In this document: one piece after another, positions 21,050 through 33,870 of the stretch
Layout of the letters: every line of letters begins with the position of its first letter
How positions within the stretch are numbered: position 1 is the stretch's first letter
Assembly: GCA_040954595.2 (NCBI GenBank)
Contig: CM082585.2
Coordinates: 2,324,902-2,388,901 of the forward strand
Direction of reading: 5' to 3'
Source: Balanoglossus misakiensis
Taxonomy: Eukaryota > Animalia > Hemichordata
Length of the DNA stretch: 64,000 bases
Program-made: the position numbers and the translations under genes
The notes under the pieces: model-generated
What the model was told of the DNA's origin: nothing
Database searches by the model: none
The model's input: only the letters and a program-made list of their open reading frames with translations

Positions 21050-24000
21050 TGTTTACAAAATTCTGTTGTGATGCGCAGAACACATATATAGGCCTATGCG
21101 CATAATAACGTTTTCCACTAGACTCTGTAGATCGACGGATAGTTGTAAAATTTCCATGGTTGCTTCCAAACAGCCTCGTTTATTTACCGAATTCTGTTGT
21201 GAGGCGCAGAACACATAGATAGGCATATGTGCATAAGAAAGTTTTCCACTATAGACTCTGTAGATCGAGAGATAGTTCTAAAATGTCCATGGTTGCTACC
21301 AAACACAGCCTCGTTTGTTTACAAAATTCTGTTGTGATGCGCAGAACACATATATAGGCCTATGCGCATAAGAACGTTTCCACTAGACTCTGTAGATCGA
21401 CGGATAGCTGTAAAATTTCCATGGTTGCTTCCAAACAGCCTCGTTTATTTACCGATTTCTGTTGTGAGGCGCAGAACACATGATAGGCCTATGCGCATGA
21501 GACATTTTTCCACTAGACTCTGTAGATCGACGGATAGCTGTAAAATTTCCATGGTTGCTTCCAAACAGCCTCGTTTATTTACCGATTTCTGTTGTGAGGC
21601 GCAGAACACATGATAGGCCTATGCGCATGAGACATTTTTCCACTAGACTCTGTAGATCGACGGATAGTTGTAAAATTTCATGGTTGCTTCCAAATACAGC
21701 CTCGTTTATTTACCGATTTCTGTTGTGATGCGCATAACACATTGATAGGCCTATGCGCATAAGAACGTTTCCACTAGACTTTGTAGATCGACGGATAGTT
21801 CTACAATGTCCATGGTTGCTTCCAAACAGCCTCGTTTATTTACCGAATTCTGTTGTGAGGCGCAGAACACGTAATAGGTCTATGCGCATAAGGAAGTTTT
21901 CCACCAGACTCTGTAGATCGACGGATAGTTGTAAAATTTCATGGTTGCTTCCAAATACAGCCTCGTTTATTTACCGATTTCTGTTGTGATGCGCATAACA
22001 CATAGATAGGCCTATGCGCATAAGAACGTTTTCCACTAGACTTTTTAGATCGACGGATAGTTGTACAATTTCCATGGTTGCTTCCAAACAGCCTCGTTTA
22101 TTTACCGATTTCTGTTGTGAGGCGCAGAACACATGATAGGCCTATGCGCATAAGACATTTTTCCACTAGACTCTGTAGATCGACGGATAGTTCTAAAATT
22201 TCCATGGTTGCTTCCAAACAGCCTCGTTTATTTACCGAATTCTGTTGTGAGGCGCAGAGCACGTAATAGGCCTATGCGCATAAGAAAGTTTTCCACCAGA
22301 CTCTGTAGATCGACGGATACTTGTAAAATTTCCATGGTTGCTTCCAAACAGCCTCGTTTATTTACCGATTTCTGTTGTGATGCGCAGAACACATAGATAG
22401 GCATATGTGCATAATAAAGTTTTCCACTAGACTCTGTAGATCGAGAGATAGTTCTAAAATTTCCATGGTTGCTTCCAAACACAGCCTCGTTTGTTTACAA
22501 AATTCTGTTGTGATGCGCAGAACACATATATAGGCCTATGCGCATAATAACGTTTTCCACTAGACTCTGTAGATCGACGGATAGTTGTAAAATTTCCATG
22601 GTTGCTTCCAAACAGCCTCGTTTATTTACCGAATTCTGTTGTGAGGCGCAGAACACATAGATAGGCATATGTGCATAAGAAAGTTTTCCACTATAGACTC
22701 TGTAGATCGAGAGATAGTTCTAAAATGTCCATGGTTGCTTCCAAACACAGCCTCGTTTGTTTACAAAATTCTGTTGTGATGCGCAGAACACATATATAGG
22801 CCTATGCGCATAATAACGTTTTCCACTAGACTCTGTAGATCGACGGATAGCTGTAAAATTTCCATGGTTGCTTCCAAACAGCCTCGTTTATTTACCGAAT
22901 TCTGTTGTGAGGCGCAGAACACATAGATAGGCATATGTGCATAAGAAAGTTTTCCACTACAGACTCTGTAGATCGAGAGATAGTTCTAAAATGTCCATGG
23001 TTGCTTCCAAACACAGCCTCGTTTATTTACCGATTTCTGTTGTGATGCGCATAACACATAGATAGGCCTATGCGCATAAGAACGTTTTCCACTAGACTCT
23101 GTAGATCGACGGATAGCTGTAAAATTTCCATGGTTGCTTCCAAACAGCCTCGTTTGTTTACAAAATTCTGTTGTGATGCGCAGAACACATATATAGGGCT
23201 ATGCGCATAATAACGTTTTCCACTAGACTCTGTAGATCGACGGATAGTTGTAAAATTTCCATGGTTGCTTCCAAACAGCCTCGTTTATTTACCGAATTCT
23301 GTTGTGAGGCGCAGAACACATAGATAGGCATATGTGCATAAGAAAGTTTTCCACTATAGACTCTGTAGATCGAGAGATAGTTCTAAAATGTCCATGGTTG
23401 CTACCAAACACAGCCTCGTTTGTTTACAAAATTCTGTTGTGATGCGCAGAACACATATATAGGCCTATGCGCATAAGAACGTTTCCACTAGACTCTGTAG
23501 ATCGACGGATAGCTGTAAAATTTCCATGGTTGCTTCCAAACAGCCTCGTTTATTTACCGATTTCTGTTGTGAGGCGCAGAACACATGATAGGCCTATGCG
23601 CATGAGACATTTTTCCACTAGACTCTGTAGATCGACGGATAGCTGTAAAATTTCCATGGTTGCTTCCAAACAGCCTCGTTTATTTACCGATTTCTGTTGT
23701 GAGGCGCAGAACACATGATAGGCCTATGCGCATGAGACATTTTTCCACTAGACTCTGTAGATCGACGGATAGTTGTAAAATTTCATGGTTGCTTCCAAAT
23801 ACAGCCTCGTTTATTTACCGATTTCTGTTGTGATGCGCATAACACATTGATAGGCCTATGCGCATAAGAACGTTTCCACTAGACTTTGTAGATCGACGGA
23901 TAGTTCTACAATGTCCATGGTTGCTTCCAAACAGCCTCGTTTATTTACCGAATTCTGTTGTGAGGCGCAGAACACGTAATAGGTCTATGCGCATAAGGAA

Positions 24001-27000
24001 GTTTTCCACCAGACTCTGTAGATCGACGGATAGTTGTAAAATTTCATGGTTGCTTCCAAATACAGCCTCGTTTATTTACCGATTTCTGTTGTGATGCGCA
24101 TAACACATAGATAGGCCTATGCGCATAAGAACGTTTTCCACTAGACTCTTTAGATCGACGGATAGTTGTACAATTTCCATGGTTGCTTCCAAACAGCCTC
24201 GTTTATTTACCGATTTCTGTTGTGAGGCGCAGAACACATGATAGGCCTATGCGCATAAGACATTTTTCCACTAGACTCTGTAGATCGACGGATAGTTCTA
24301 AAATTTCCATGGTTGCTTCCAAACAGCCTCGTTTATTTACCGAATTCTGTTGTGAGGCGCAGAGCACGTAATAGGCCTATGCGCATAAGAAAGTTTTCCA
24401 CCAGACTCTGTAGATCGACGGATAGTTGTAAAATTTCCATGGTTGCTTCCAAACAGCCTCGTTTATTTACCGATTTCTGTTGTGATGCGCAGAACACATA
24501 GATAGGCATATGTGCATAATAAAGTTTTCCACTAGACTCTGTAGATCGAGAGATAGTTCTAAAATTTCCATGGTTGCTTCCAAACACAGCCTCGTTTGTT
24601 TACAAAATTCTGTTGTGATGCGCAGAACACATATATAGGCCTATGCGCATAATAACGTTTTCCACTAGACTCTGTAGATCGACGGATAGTTGTAAAATTT
24701 CCCTGGTTGCTTCCAAACAGCCTCGTTTATTTACCGAATTCTGTTGTGAGGCGCAGAACACATAGATAGGCATATGTGCATAAGAAAGTTTTCCACTATA
24801 GACTCTGTAGATCGAGAGATAGTTCTAAAATGTCCATGGTTGCTTCCAAACACAGCCTCGTTTGTTTACAAAATTCTGTTGTGATGCGCAGAACACATAT
24901 ATAGGCCTATGCGCATAATAACGTTTTCCACTAGACTCTGTAGATCGACGGATAGCTGTAAAATTTCCATGGTTGCTTCCAAACAGCCTCGTTTATTTAC
25001 CGAATTCTGTTGTGAGGCGCAGAACACATAGATAGGCATATGTGCATAAGAAAGTTTTCCACTACAGACTCTGTAGATCGAGAGATAGTTCTAAAATGTC
25101 CATGGTTGCTTCCAAACACAGCCTCGTTTATTTACCGATTTCTGTTGTGATGCGCATAACACATAGATAGGCCTATGCGCATAAGAACGTTTTCCACTAG
25201 ACTCTGTAGATCGACGGATAGCTGTAAAATTTCCATGGTTGCTTCCAAACAGCCTCGTTTATTTACCGATTTCTGTTGTGAGGCGCAGAACACATGATAG
25301 GCCTATGCGCATGAGACATTTTTCCACTAGACTCTGTAGATCGACGGATAGTTGTAAAATTTCATGGTTGCTTCCAAATACAGCCTCGTTTATTTACCGA
25401 TTTCTGTTGTGATGCGCATAACACATTGATAGGCCTATGCGCATAAGAACGTTTCCACTAGACTTTGTAGATCGACGGATAGTTGTACAATGTCCATGGT
25501 TGCTTCCAAACAGCCTCGTTTATTTACCGAATTCTGTTGTGAGGCGCAGAGCACGTAATAGGCCTATGCGCATAAGAAAGTTATCCACCAGACTCTGTAG
25601 ATCGACGGATAGTTGTAAAATTTCCATGGTTGCTTCCAAACAGCCTCGTTTATTTACCGATTTCTGTTGTGATGCGCAGAACACATAGATAGGCATATGT
25701 GCATAATAAAGTTTTCCACTAGACTCTGTAGATCGAGAGATAGTTCTAAAATTTCCATGGTTGCTTCCAAACACAGCCTCGTTTGTTTACAAAATTCTGT
25801 TGTGATGCGCAGAACACATATATAGGCCTATGCGCATAATAACGTTTTCCACTAGACTCTGTAGATCGACGGATAGTTGTAAAATTTCCATGGTTGCTTC
25901 CAAACAGCCTCGTTTATTTACCGAATTCTGTTGTGAGGCGCAGAACACATAGATAGGCATATGTGCATAAGAAAGTTTTCCACTATAGACTCTGTAGATC
26001 GAGAGATAGTTCTAAAATGTCCATGGTTGCTACCAAACACAGCCTCGTTTGTTTACAAAATTCTGTTGTGATGCGCAGAACACATATATAGGCCTATGCG
26101 CATAAGAATGTTTCCACTAGACTCTGTAGATCGACGGATAGCTGTAAAATTTCCATGGTTGCTTCCAAACAGCCTCGTTTATTTACCGATTTCTGTTGTG
26201 AGGCGCAGAACACATGATAGGCCTATGCGCATGAGACATTTTTCCACTAGACTCTGTAGATCGACGGATAGCTGTAAAATTTCCATGGTTGCTTCCAAAC
26301 AGCCTCGTTTATTTACCGATTTCTGTTGTGAGGCGCAGAACACATGATAGGCCTATGCGCATGAGACATTTTTCCACTAGACTCTGTAGATCGACGGATA
26401 GTTGTAAAATTTCATGGTTGCTTCCAAATACAGCCTCGTTTATTTACCGATTTCTGTTGTGATGCGCATAACACATTGATAGGCCTATGCGCATAAGAAC
26501 GTTTCCACTAGACTTTGTAGATCGACGGATAGTTCTACAATGTCCATGGTTGCTTCCAAACAGCCTCGTTTATTTACCGAATTCTGTTGTGAGGCGCAGA
26601 ACACGTAATAGGTCTATGCGCATAAGGAAGTTTTCCACCAGACTCTGTAGATCGACGGATAGTTGTAAAATTTCATGGTTGCTTCCAAATACAGCCTCGT
26701 TTATTTACCGATTTCTGTTGTGATGCGCATAACACATAGATAGGCCTATGCGCATAAGAACGTTTTCCACTAGACTCTTTAGATCGACGGATAGTTGTAC
26801 AATTTCCATGGTTGCTTCCAAACAGCCTCGTTTATTTACCGATTTCTGTTGTGAGGCGCAGAACACATGATAGGCCTATGCGCATAAGACATTTTTCCAC
26901 TAGACTCTGTAGATCGACGGATAGTTCTAAAATTTCCATGGTTGCTTCCAAACAGCCTCGTTTATTTACCGAATTCTGTTGTGAGGCGCAGAGCACGTAA

Positions 27001-29300
27001 TAGGCCTATGCGCATAAGAAAGTTTTCCACCAGACTCTGTAGATCGACGGATAGTTGTAAAATTTCCATGGTTGCTTCCAAACAGCCTCGTTTATTTACC
27101 GATTTCTGTTGTGATGCGCAGAACACATAGATAGGCATATGTGCATAATAAAGTTTTCCACTAGACTCTGTAGATCGAGAGATAGTTCTAAAATTTCCAT
27201 GGTTGCTTCCAAACACAGCCTCGTTTGTTTACAAAATTCTGTTGTGATGCGCAGAACACATATATAGGCCTATGCGCATAATAACGTTTTCCACTAGACT
27301 CTGTAGATCGACGGATAGTTGTAAAATTTCCATGGTTGCTTCCAAACAGCCTCGTTTATTTACCGAATTCTGTTGTGAGGCGCAGAACACATAGATAGGC
27401 ATATGTGCATAAGAAAGTTTTCCACTATAGACTCTGTAGATCGAGAGATAGTTCTAAAATGTCCATGGTTGCTTCCAAACACAGCCTCGTTTGTTTACAA
27501 AATTCTGTTGTGATGCGCAGAACACATATATAGGCCTATGCGCATAATAACGTTTTCCACTAGACTCTGTAGATCGACGGATAGCTGTAAAATTTCCATG
27601 GTTGCTTCCAAACAGCCTCGTTTATTTACCGAATTCTGTTGTGAGGCGCAGAACACATAGATAGGCATATGTGCATAAGAAAGTTTTCCACTACAGACTC
27701 TGTAGATCGAGAGATAGTTCTAAAATGTCCATGGTTGCTTCCAAACACAGCCTCGTTTATTTACCGATTTCTGTTGTGATGCGCATAACACATAGATAGG
27801 CCTATGCGCATAAGAACGTTTTCCACTAGACTCTGTAGATCGACGGATAGCTGTAAAATTTCCATGGTTGCTTCCAAACAGCCTCGTTTATTTACCGATT
27901 TCTGTTGTGAGGCGCAGAACACATGATAGGCCTATGCGCATGAGACATTTTTCCACTAGACTCTGTAGATCGACGGATAGTTGTAAAATTTCATGGTTGC
28001 TTCCAAATACAGCCTCGTTTATTTACCGATTTCTGTTGTGATGCGCATAACACATTGATAGGCCTATGCGCATAAGAACGTTTCCACTAGACTTTGTAGA
28101 TCGACGGATAGTTGTACAATGTCCATGGTTGCTTCCAAACAGCCTCGTTTATTTACCGAATTCTGTTGTGAGGCGCAGAGCACGTAATAGGCCTATGCGC
28201 ATAAGAAAGTTTTCCACCAGACTCTGTAGATCGACGGATAGTTGTAAAATTTCCATGGTTGCTTCCAAACAGCCTCGTTTATTTACCGATTTCTGTTGTG
28301 ATGCGCAGAACACATAGATAGGCATATGTGCATAATAAAGTTTTCCACTAGACTCTGTAGATCGAGATATAGTTCTAAAATTTCCATGGTTGCTTCCAAA
28401 CACAGCCTCGTTTGTTTACAAAATTCTGTTGTGATGCGCAGAACACATATATAGGCCTATGCGCATAATAACGTTTTCCACTAGACTCTGTAGATCGACG
28501 GATAGTTGTAAAATTTCCATGGTTGCTTCCAAACAGCCTCGTTTATTTACCGAATTCTGTTGTGAGGCGCAGAACACATAGATAGGCATATGTGCATAAG
28601 AAAGTTTTCCACTATAGACTCTGTAGATCGAGAGATAGTTCTAAAATGTCCATGGTTGCTTCCAAACACAGCCTCGTTTGTTTACAAAATTCTGTTGTGA
28701 TGCGCAGAACACATATATAGGCCTATGCGCATAATAACGTTTTCCACTAGACTCTGTAGATCGACGGATAGCTGTAAAATTTCCATGGTTGCTTCCAAAC
28801 AGCCTCGTTTATTTACCGAATTCTGTTGTGAGGCGCAGAACACATAGATAGGCATATGTGCATAAGAAAGTTTTCCACTACAGACTCTGTAGATCGAGAG
28901 ATAGTTCTAAAATGTCCATGGTTGCTTCCAAACACAGCCTCGTTTATTTACCGATTTCTGTTGTGATGCGCATAACACATAGATAGGCCTATGCGCATAA
29001 GAACGTTTTCCACTAGACTCTGTAGATCGACGGATAGCTGTAAAATTTCCATGGTTGCTTCCAAACAGCCTCGTTTATTTACCGATTTCTGTTGTGAGGC
29101 GCAGAACACATGATAGGCCTATGCGCATGAGACATTTTTCCACTAGACTCTGTAGATCGACGGATAGTTGTAAAATTTCATGGTTGCTTCCAAATACAGC
29201 CTCGTTTATTTACCGATTTCTGTTGTGATGCGCATAACACATTGATAGGCCTATGCGCATAAGAACGTTTCCACTAGACTTTGTAGATCGACGGATAGTT
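21050..29300. repeat. Higher-order repeats with 2105-bp (~16-mer) then 2629-bp (~20-mer) periods
   Basis: Offsets 21362/23467 (2105), 23467/26096 and 25437/28066 (2629). Shared variants ACATTGATAG, GACTTTGTAG, CTACAGAC. Boundaries approximate. Confidence 0.8.
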
Positions 29301-32300
29301 GTACAATGTCCATGGTTGCTTCCAAACACAGCCTCGTTTGTTTACAAAATTCTGTTGTGATGCGCAGAACACATATATAGGCCTATGCGCATAATAACGT
29401 TTTCCACTAGACTCTGTAGATCGACGGATAGTTGTAAAATTTCCATGGTTGCTTCCAAACAGCCTCGTTTATTTACCGAATTCTGTTGTGAGGCGCAGAA
29501 CACATAGATAGGCATATGTGCATAATAAAGTTTTCCACTATAGACTCTGTAGATCGAGAGATAGTTCTAAAATGTCCATGGTTGCTTCCAAACACAGCCT
29601 CGTTTGTTTACAAAATTCTGTTGTGATGCGCAGAACACATATATAGGCCTATGCGCATAAGAACGTTTCCACTAGACTCTGTAGATCGACGGATAGCTGT
29701 AAAATTTCCATGGTTGCTTCCAAACAGCCTCGTTTATTTACCGAATTCTGTTGTGAGGCGCAGAACACATAGATAGGCATATGTGCATAAGAAAGTTTTC
29801 CACTACAGACTCTGTAGATCGAGAGATAGTTCTAAAATGTCCATGGTTGCTTCCAAACACAGCCTCGTTTATTTACCGATTTCTGTTGTGATGCGCATAA
29901 CACATAGATAGGCCTATGCGCATAAGAACGTTTTCCACTAGACTCTGTAGATCGACGGATAGTTGTACAATTTCCATGGTTGCTTCCAAACAGCATCGTT
30001 TATTTACCGAATTCTGTTGTGAGGCGCAGAACACGTAATAGGTCTATGCGCATAAGGAAGTTTTCCACCAGACTCTGTAGATCGACGGATAGTTGTAAAA
30101 TTTCATGGTTGCTTCCAAATACAGCCTCGTTCATTTACAAAATTCTGTTGTGATGCGCTGAACACATACATATGCCTATGCGCATAAGAAAGTTTCCACT
30201 AGACTCTGTAGATCGACGGATAGTTCTAAAATTTCCATGATTGCTTCCAAACACATCCTCGATTGTTTACAAAATTCTGTTGTGATGCGCAGAACACATA
30301 GATAGGCCTATGCGCATATGAACGTTTTCCACTATACACTGTAGATCGAGAGATAGTTCTAAAACTTCCATGTTTGCTTCCAAACAGCCTCGTTTATTTG
30401 CGGAATTCTGTTTTGAGGCGCAGAACACATAGATAGGCATATGTGAATAAGAAAGTTTTCCACTATAGACTCTGTAGATCGAGAGATAGTTGTAAAATTT
30501 CCATGGTTGCTTCCAAACAGCCTCGTTTATTTACCGATTTCTGTTGTGAGGCGCAGAACACATAGATAGGCCTATGCGCATAAAAAACTTTTCAACTTTA
30601 GATCAACGGATAGTTCAAAAATTTCCATGGTTGTTTCCAAACAGCCTCGTTTATTTACCGAATTCTGTTGTGATGCGTAGAACACATACATATGCCTATG
30701 CGCATAAGAAAGTTTTCCACCAGACTCTGTAGATCGACGGATAGTTGTAAAATTTCCATGGTTGCTTCCAAACAGCCTCGTTTATTTACCGATTTCTGTT
30801 GTGATGCGCAGAACACATAGATAGGCATATGTGCATAATAAAGTTTTCCACTAGACTCTGTAGATCGAGAGATAGTTCTAAAATTTCCATGGTTGCTTCC
30901 AAACACAGCCTCGTTTGTTTACAAAATTCTGTTGTGATGCGCAGAACACATATATAGGCCTATGCGCATAATAACGTTTTCCACTAGACTCTGTAGATCG
31001 ACGGATAGTTGTAAAATTTCCATGGTTGCTTCCAAACAGCCTCGTTTATTTACCGAATTCTGTTGTGAGGCGCAGAACACATAGATAGGCATATGTGCAT
31101 AAGAAAGTTTTCCACTATAGACTCTGTAGATCGAGAGATAGTTCTAAAATGTCCATGGTTGCTTCCAAACACAGCCTCGTTTGTTTACAAAATTCTGTTG
31201 TGATGCGCAGAACACATATATAGGCCTATGCGCATAAGAACGTTTCCACTAGACTCTGTAGATCGACGGATAGCTGTAAAATTTCCATGGTTGCTTTTAA
31301 ACAGCCTCGTTTATTTACCGATTTCTGTTGTGAGGCGCAGAACACATAGATAGGCATATGTGCATAAGAAAGTTTTCCACTATAGACTCTGTAGATAGTT
31401 CTAAAATGTCCATGGTTGCTTCCAAACACAGCCTCGTTTATTTACCGATTTCTGTTGAGATGCGCATAACACATAGATAGGCCTATGCGCATAAGAACGT
31501 TTTCCACTAGACTCTGTAGATCGACGGATAGTTGTACAATTTCCATGGTTGCTTCCAAACAGCATCGTTTATTTACGGAATTCTGTTGTGAGGCGCAGAA
31601 CACGTAATAGGTCTATGCGCATAAGGAAGTTTTCCACCAGACTCTGTAGATCGACGGATAGTTGTTAAATTTCATGGTTGCTTCAAAATACAGCCTCGTT
31701 TATTTACCGATTTCTGTTGTGATGCGCATAACACATAGATAGGCCTATGCGCATAAGAACGTTTTCCACTAGACTCTGTAGATCGACGGATAGTTGTACA
31801 ATTTCCATGGTTGCTTCCAAACAGCCTCGTTTATTTACCGATTTCTGTTGTGAGGCGCACAACACATGACAGGCCTATGCGCATAAGACATTTTTCCACT
31901 AGACTCTGTAGATCGACGGATAGTTCTAAAATGTCCATGGTTGCTTCCAAACAGCCTCGTTTATTTACCGAATTCTGTTGTGAGGCGCAGAGCACGTAAT
32001 AGGCCTATGCGCATAAGAAAGTTTTCCACCAGACTCCGTAGATCGACGGATAGTTGTAAAATTTCCATGGTTGTTTCCAAACACAGCCTCGTTCATTTAC
32101 AAAATTCTGTTGTGATGCGCTGAACACATACATATGCCTATGCGCATAAGAAAGTTTCCCACTAGACTCTGTAGATCGACGGATAGTTCTAAAATTTCCA
32201 TGATTGCTTCCAAACACATCCTCGATTGTTTACAAAATTCTGTTGTGATGCGCAGAACACATATATAGGCCTATGCGCATATGAACGTTTTCCACTATAC

Positions 32301-33870
32301 TCCGTAGATCGACGGATAGTTCTAAAATTTCCATTGTTGCTTCCAAACAGCCTCGTTTATTTACCGAATTCTGTTGTGAGGCGCAGAACACGTAATAGGC
32401 CTATGCGCATAAGAAACTTTTCAACTTTAGATCGAGAGATAGTTCTAAAATTTCCATGGTTGTTTCCAAACACAGCCTCGTTCATTTACAAAATTCTGTT
32501 GTGATGCGCTGAACACATACATATGCCTATGCGCATAAGAAAGTTTCCCACTAGACTCTGTAGATCGACGGATAGTTCTAAAATTTCCATGATTGCTTCC
32601 AAACACATCCTCGATTGATTACAAAATTCTGTTGTGATGCGCAGAACACATAGATAGGCCTATGCGCATATGAACGTTTTCCACTATACACTGTAGATCG
32701 AGAGATAGTTCTAAAACTTCCATGTTTGCTTCCAAACAGCCTCGTTTATTTGCGGAATTCTGTTTTGAGGCGCAGAACACATAGATAGGCATATGTGAAT
32801 AAGAAAGTTTTCCACTATAGACTCTGTAGATCGAGAGATAGTTGTAAAATTTCCATGGTTGCTTCCAAACAGCCTCGTTTATTTACCGATTTCTGTTGTG
32901 AGGCGCAGAACACATAGATAGGCCTATGCGCATAAAAAACTTTTCAACTTTAGATCAACGGATAGTTCAAAAATTTCCATGGTTGTTTCCAAACAGCCTC
33001 GTTTATTTACCGAATTCTGTTGTGATGCGTAGAACACATACATATGCCTATGCGCATAAGAAAGTTTTCCACTAGACTCCGTAGATCGACGAATAGTTCT
33101 AAAATGTCCATGGTTGCTTCCAAACAAAGCCTGGTTTGTTTACAAAATTCTGTTGTGATGCGCAGAACACATAGATAGGCCTATGCGCATATGAACGTTT
33201 TCCACTATACTCTGTAGATCGAGAGTTAGTTCTAAAATTTCCATGTTTGCTTCCAAACAGCCTCGTTTATTTACGGAATTCTGTTTTGAGGCGCAGAACA
33301 CATAGATAGGCATATGTGCATAAGAAAGTTTTCCACTATAGACTCTGTACATCGAGAGATAGTTCTAAAATTTCCATGGTTGCTTTCAAACACAGCCTCG
33401 TTTGTTTACAAAATTCTGTTGTGATGCGCAGAACACATATATAGGCCTATGCGCATAAGAACGTTTTCCACTAGACTCTGTAGATCGACGGATAGTTCTA
33501 AAATTTCCATGGTTGCTTCCAAACAGCCTCGTTTATTTACCGAATTCTGTTGTGAGGCACAGAACACATAGATAGGCCTATGTGCATAGAAAAGTTTCCA
33601 ACTATAGACTCTGTAGATCGAGAGATAGTTCTAAAATGTCCATGGTTGCTTCCAAACACAGCCTCGTTTGTTTACAAAATTCTGTTGTGATGCGCAGAAC
33701 ACATATATAGGCCTATGCGCATAATAACGTTTTCCACTAGACTCTGTAGATCGACGGATAGTTGTAAAATTTCCATGGTTGCTTCCAAACAGCCTCGTTT
33801 ATTTACCGAATTCTGTTGTGAGGCGCAGAACACATAGATAGGCATATGTGCATAAGAAAGTTTTCCACTA

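Noticed and set aside
33581-33605. Odd local variant TGCATAGAAAAGTTTCCAACTATAG
   Set aside because: Single occurrence of clustered homopolymer-length shifts, most consistent with consensus error.
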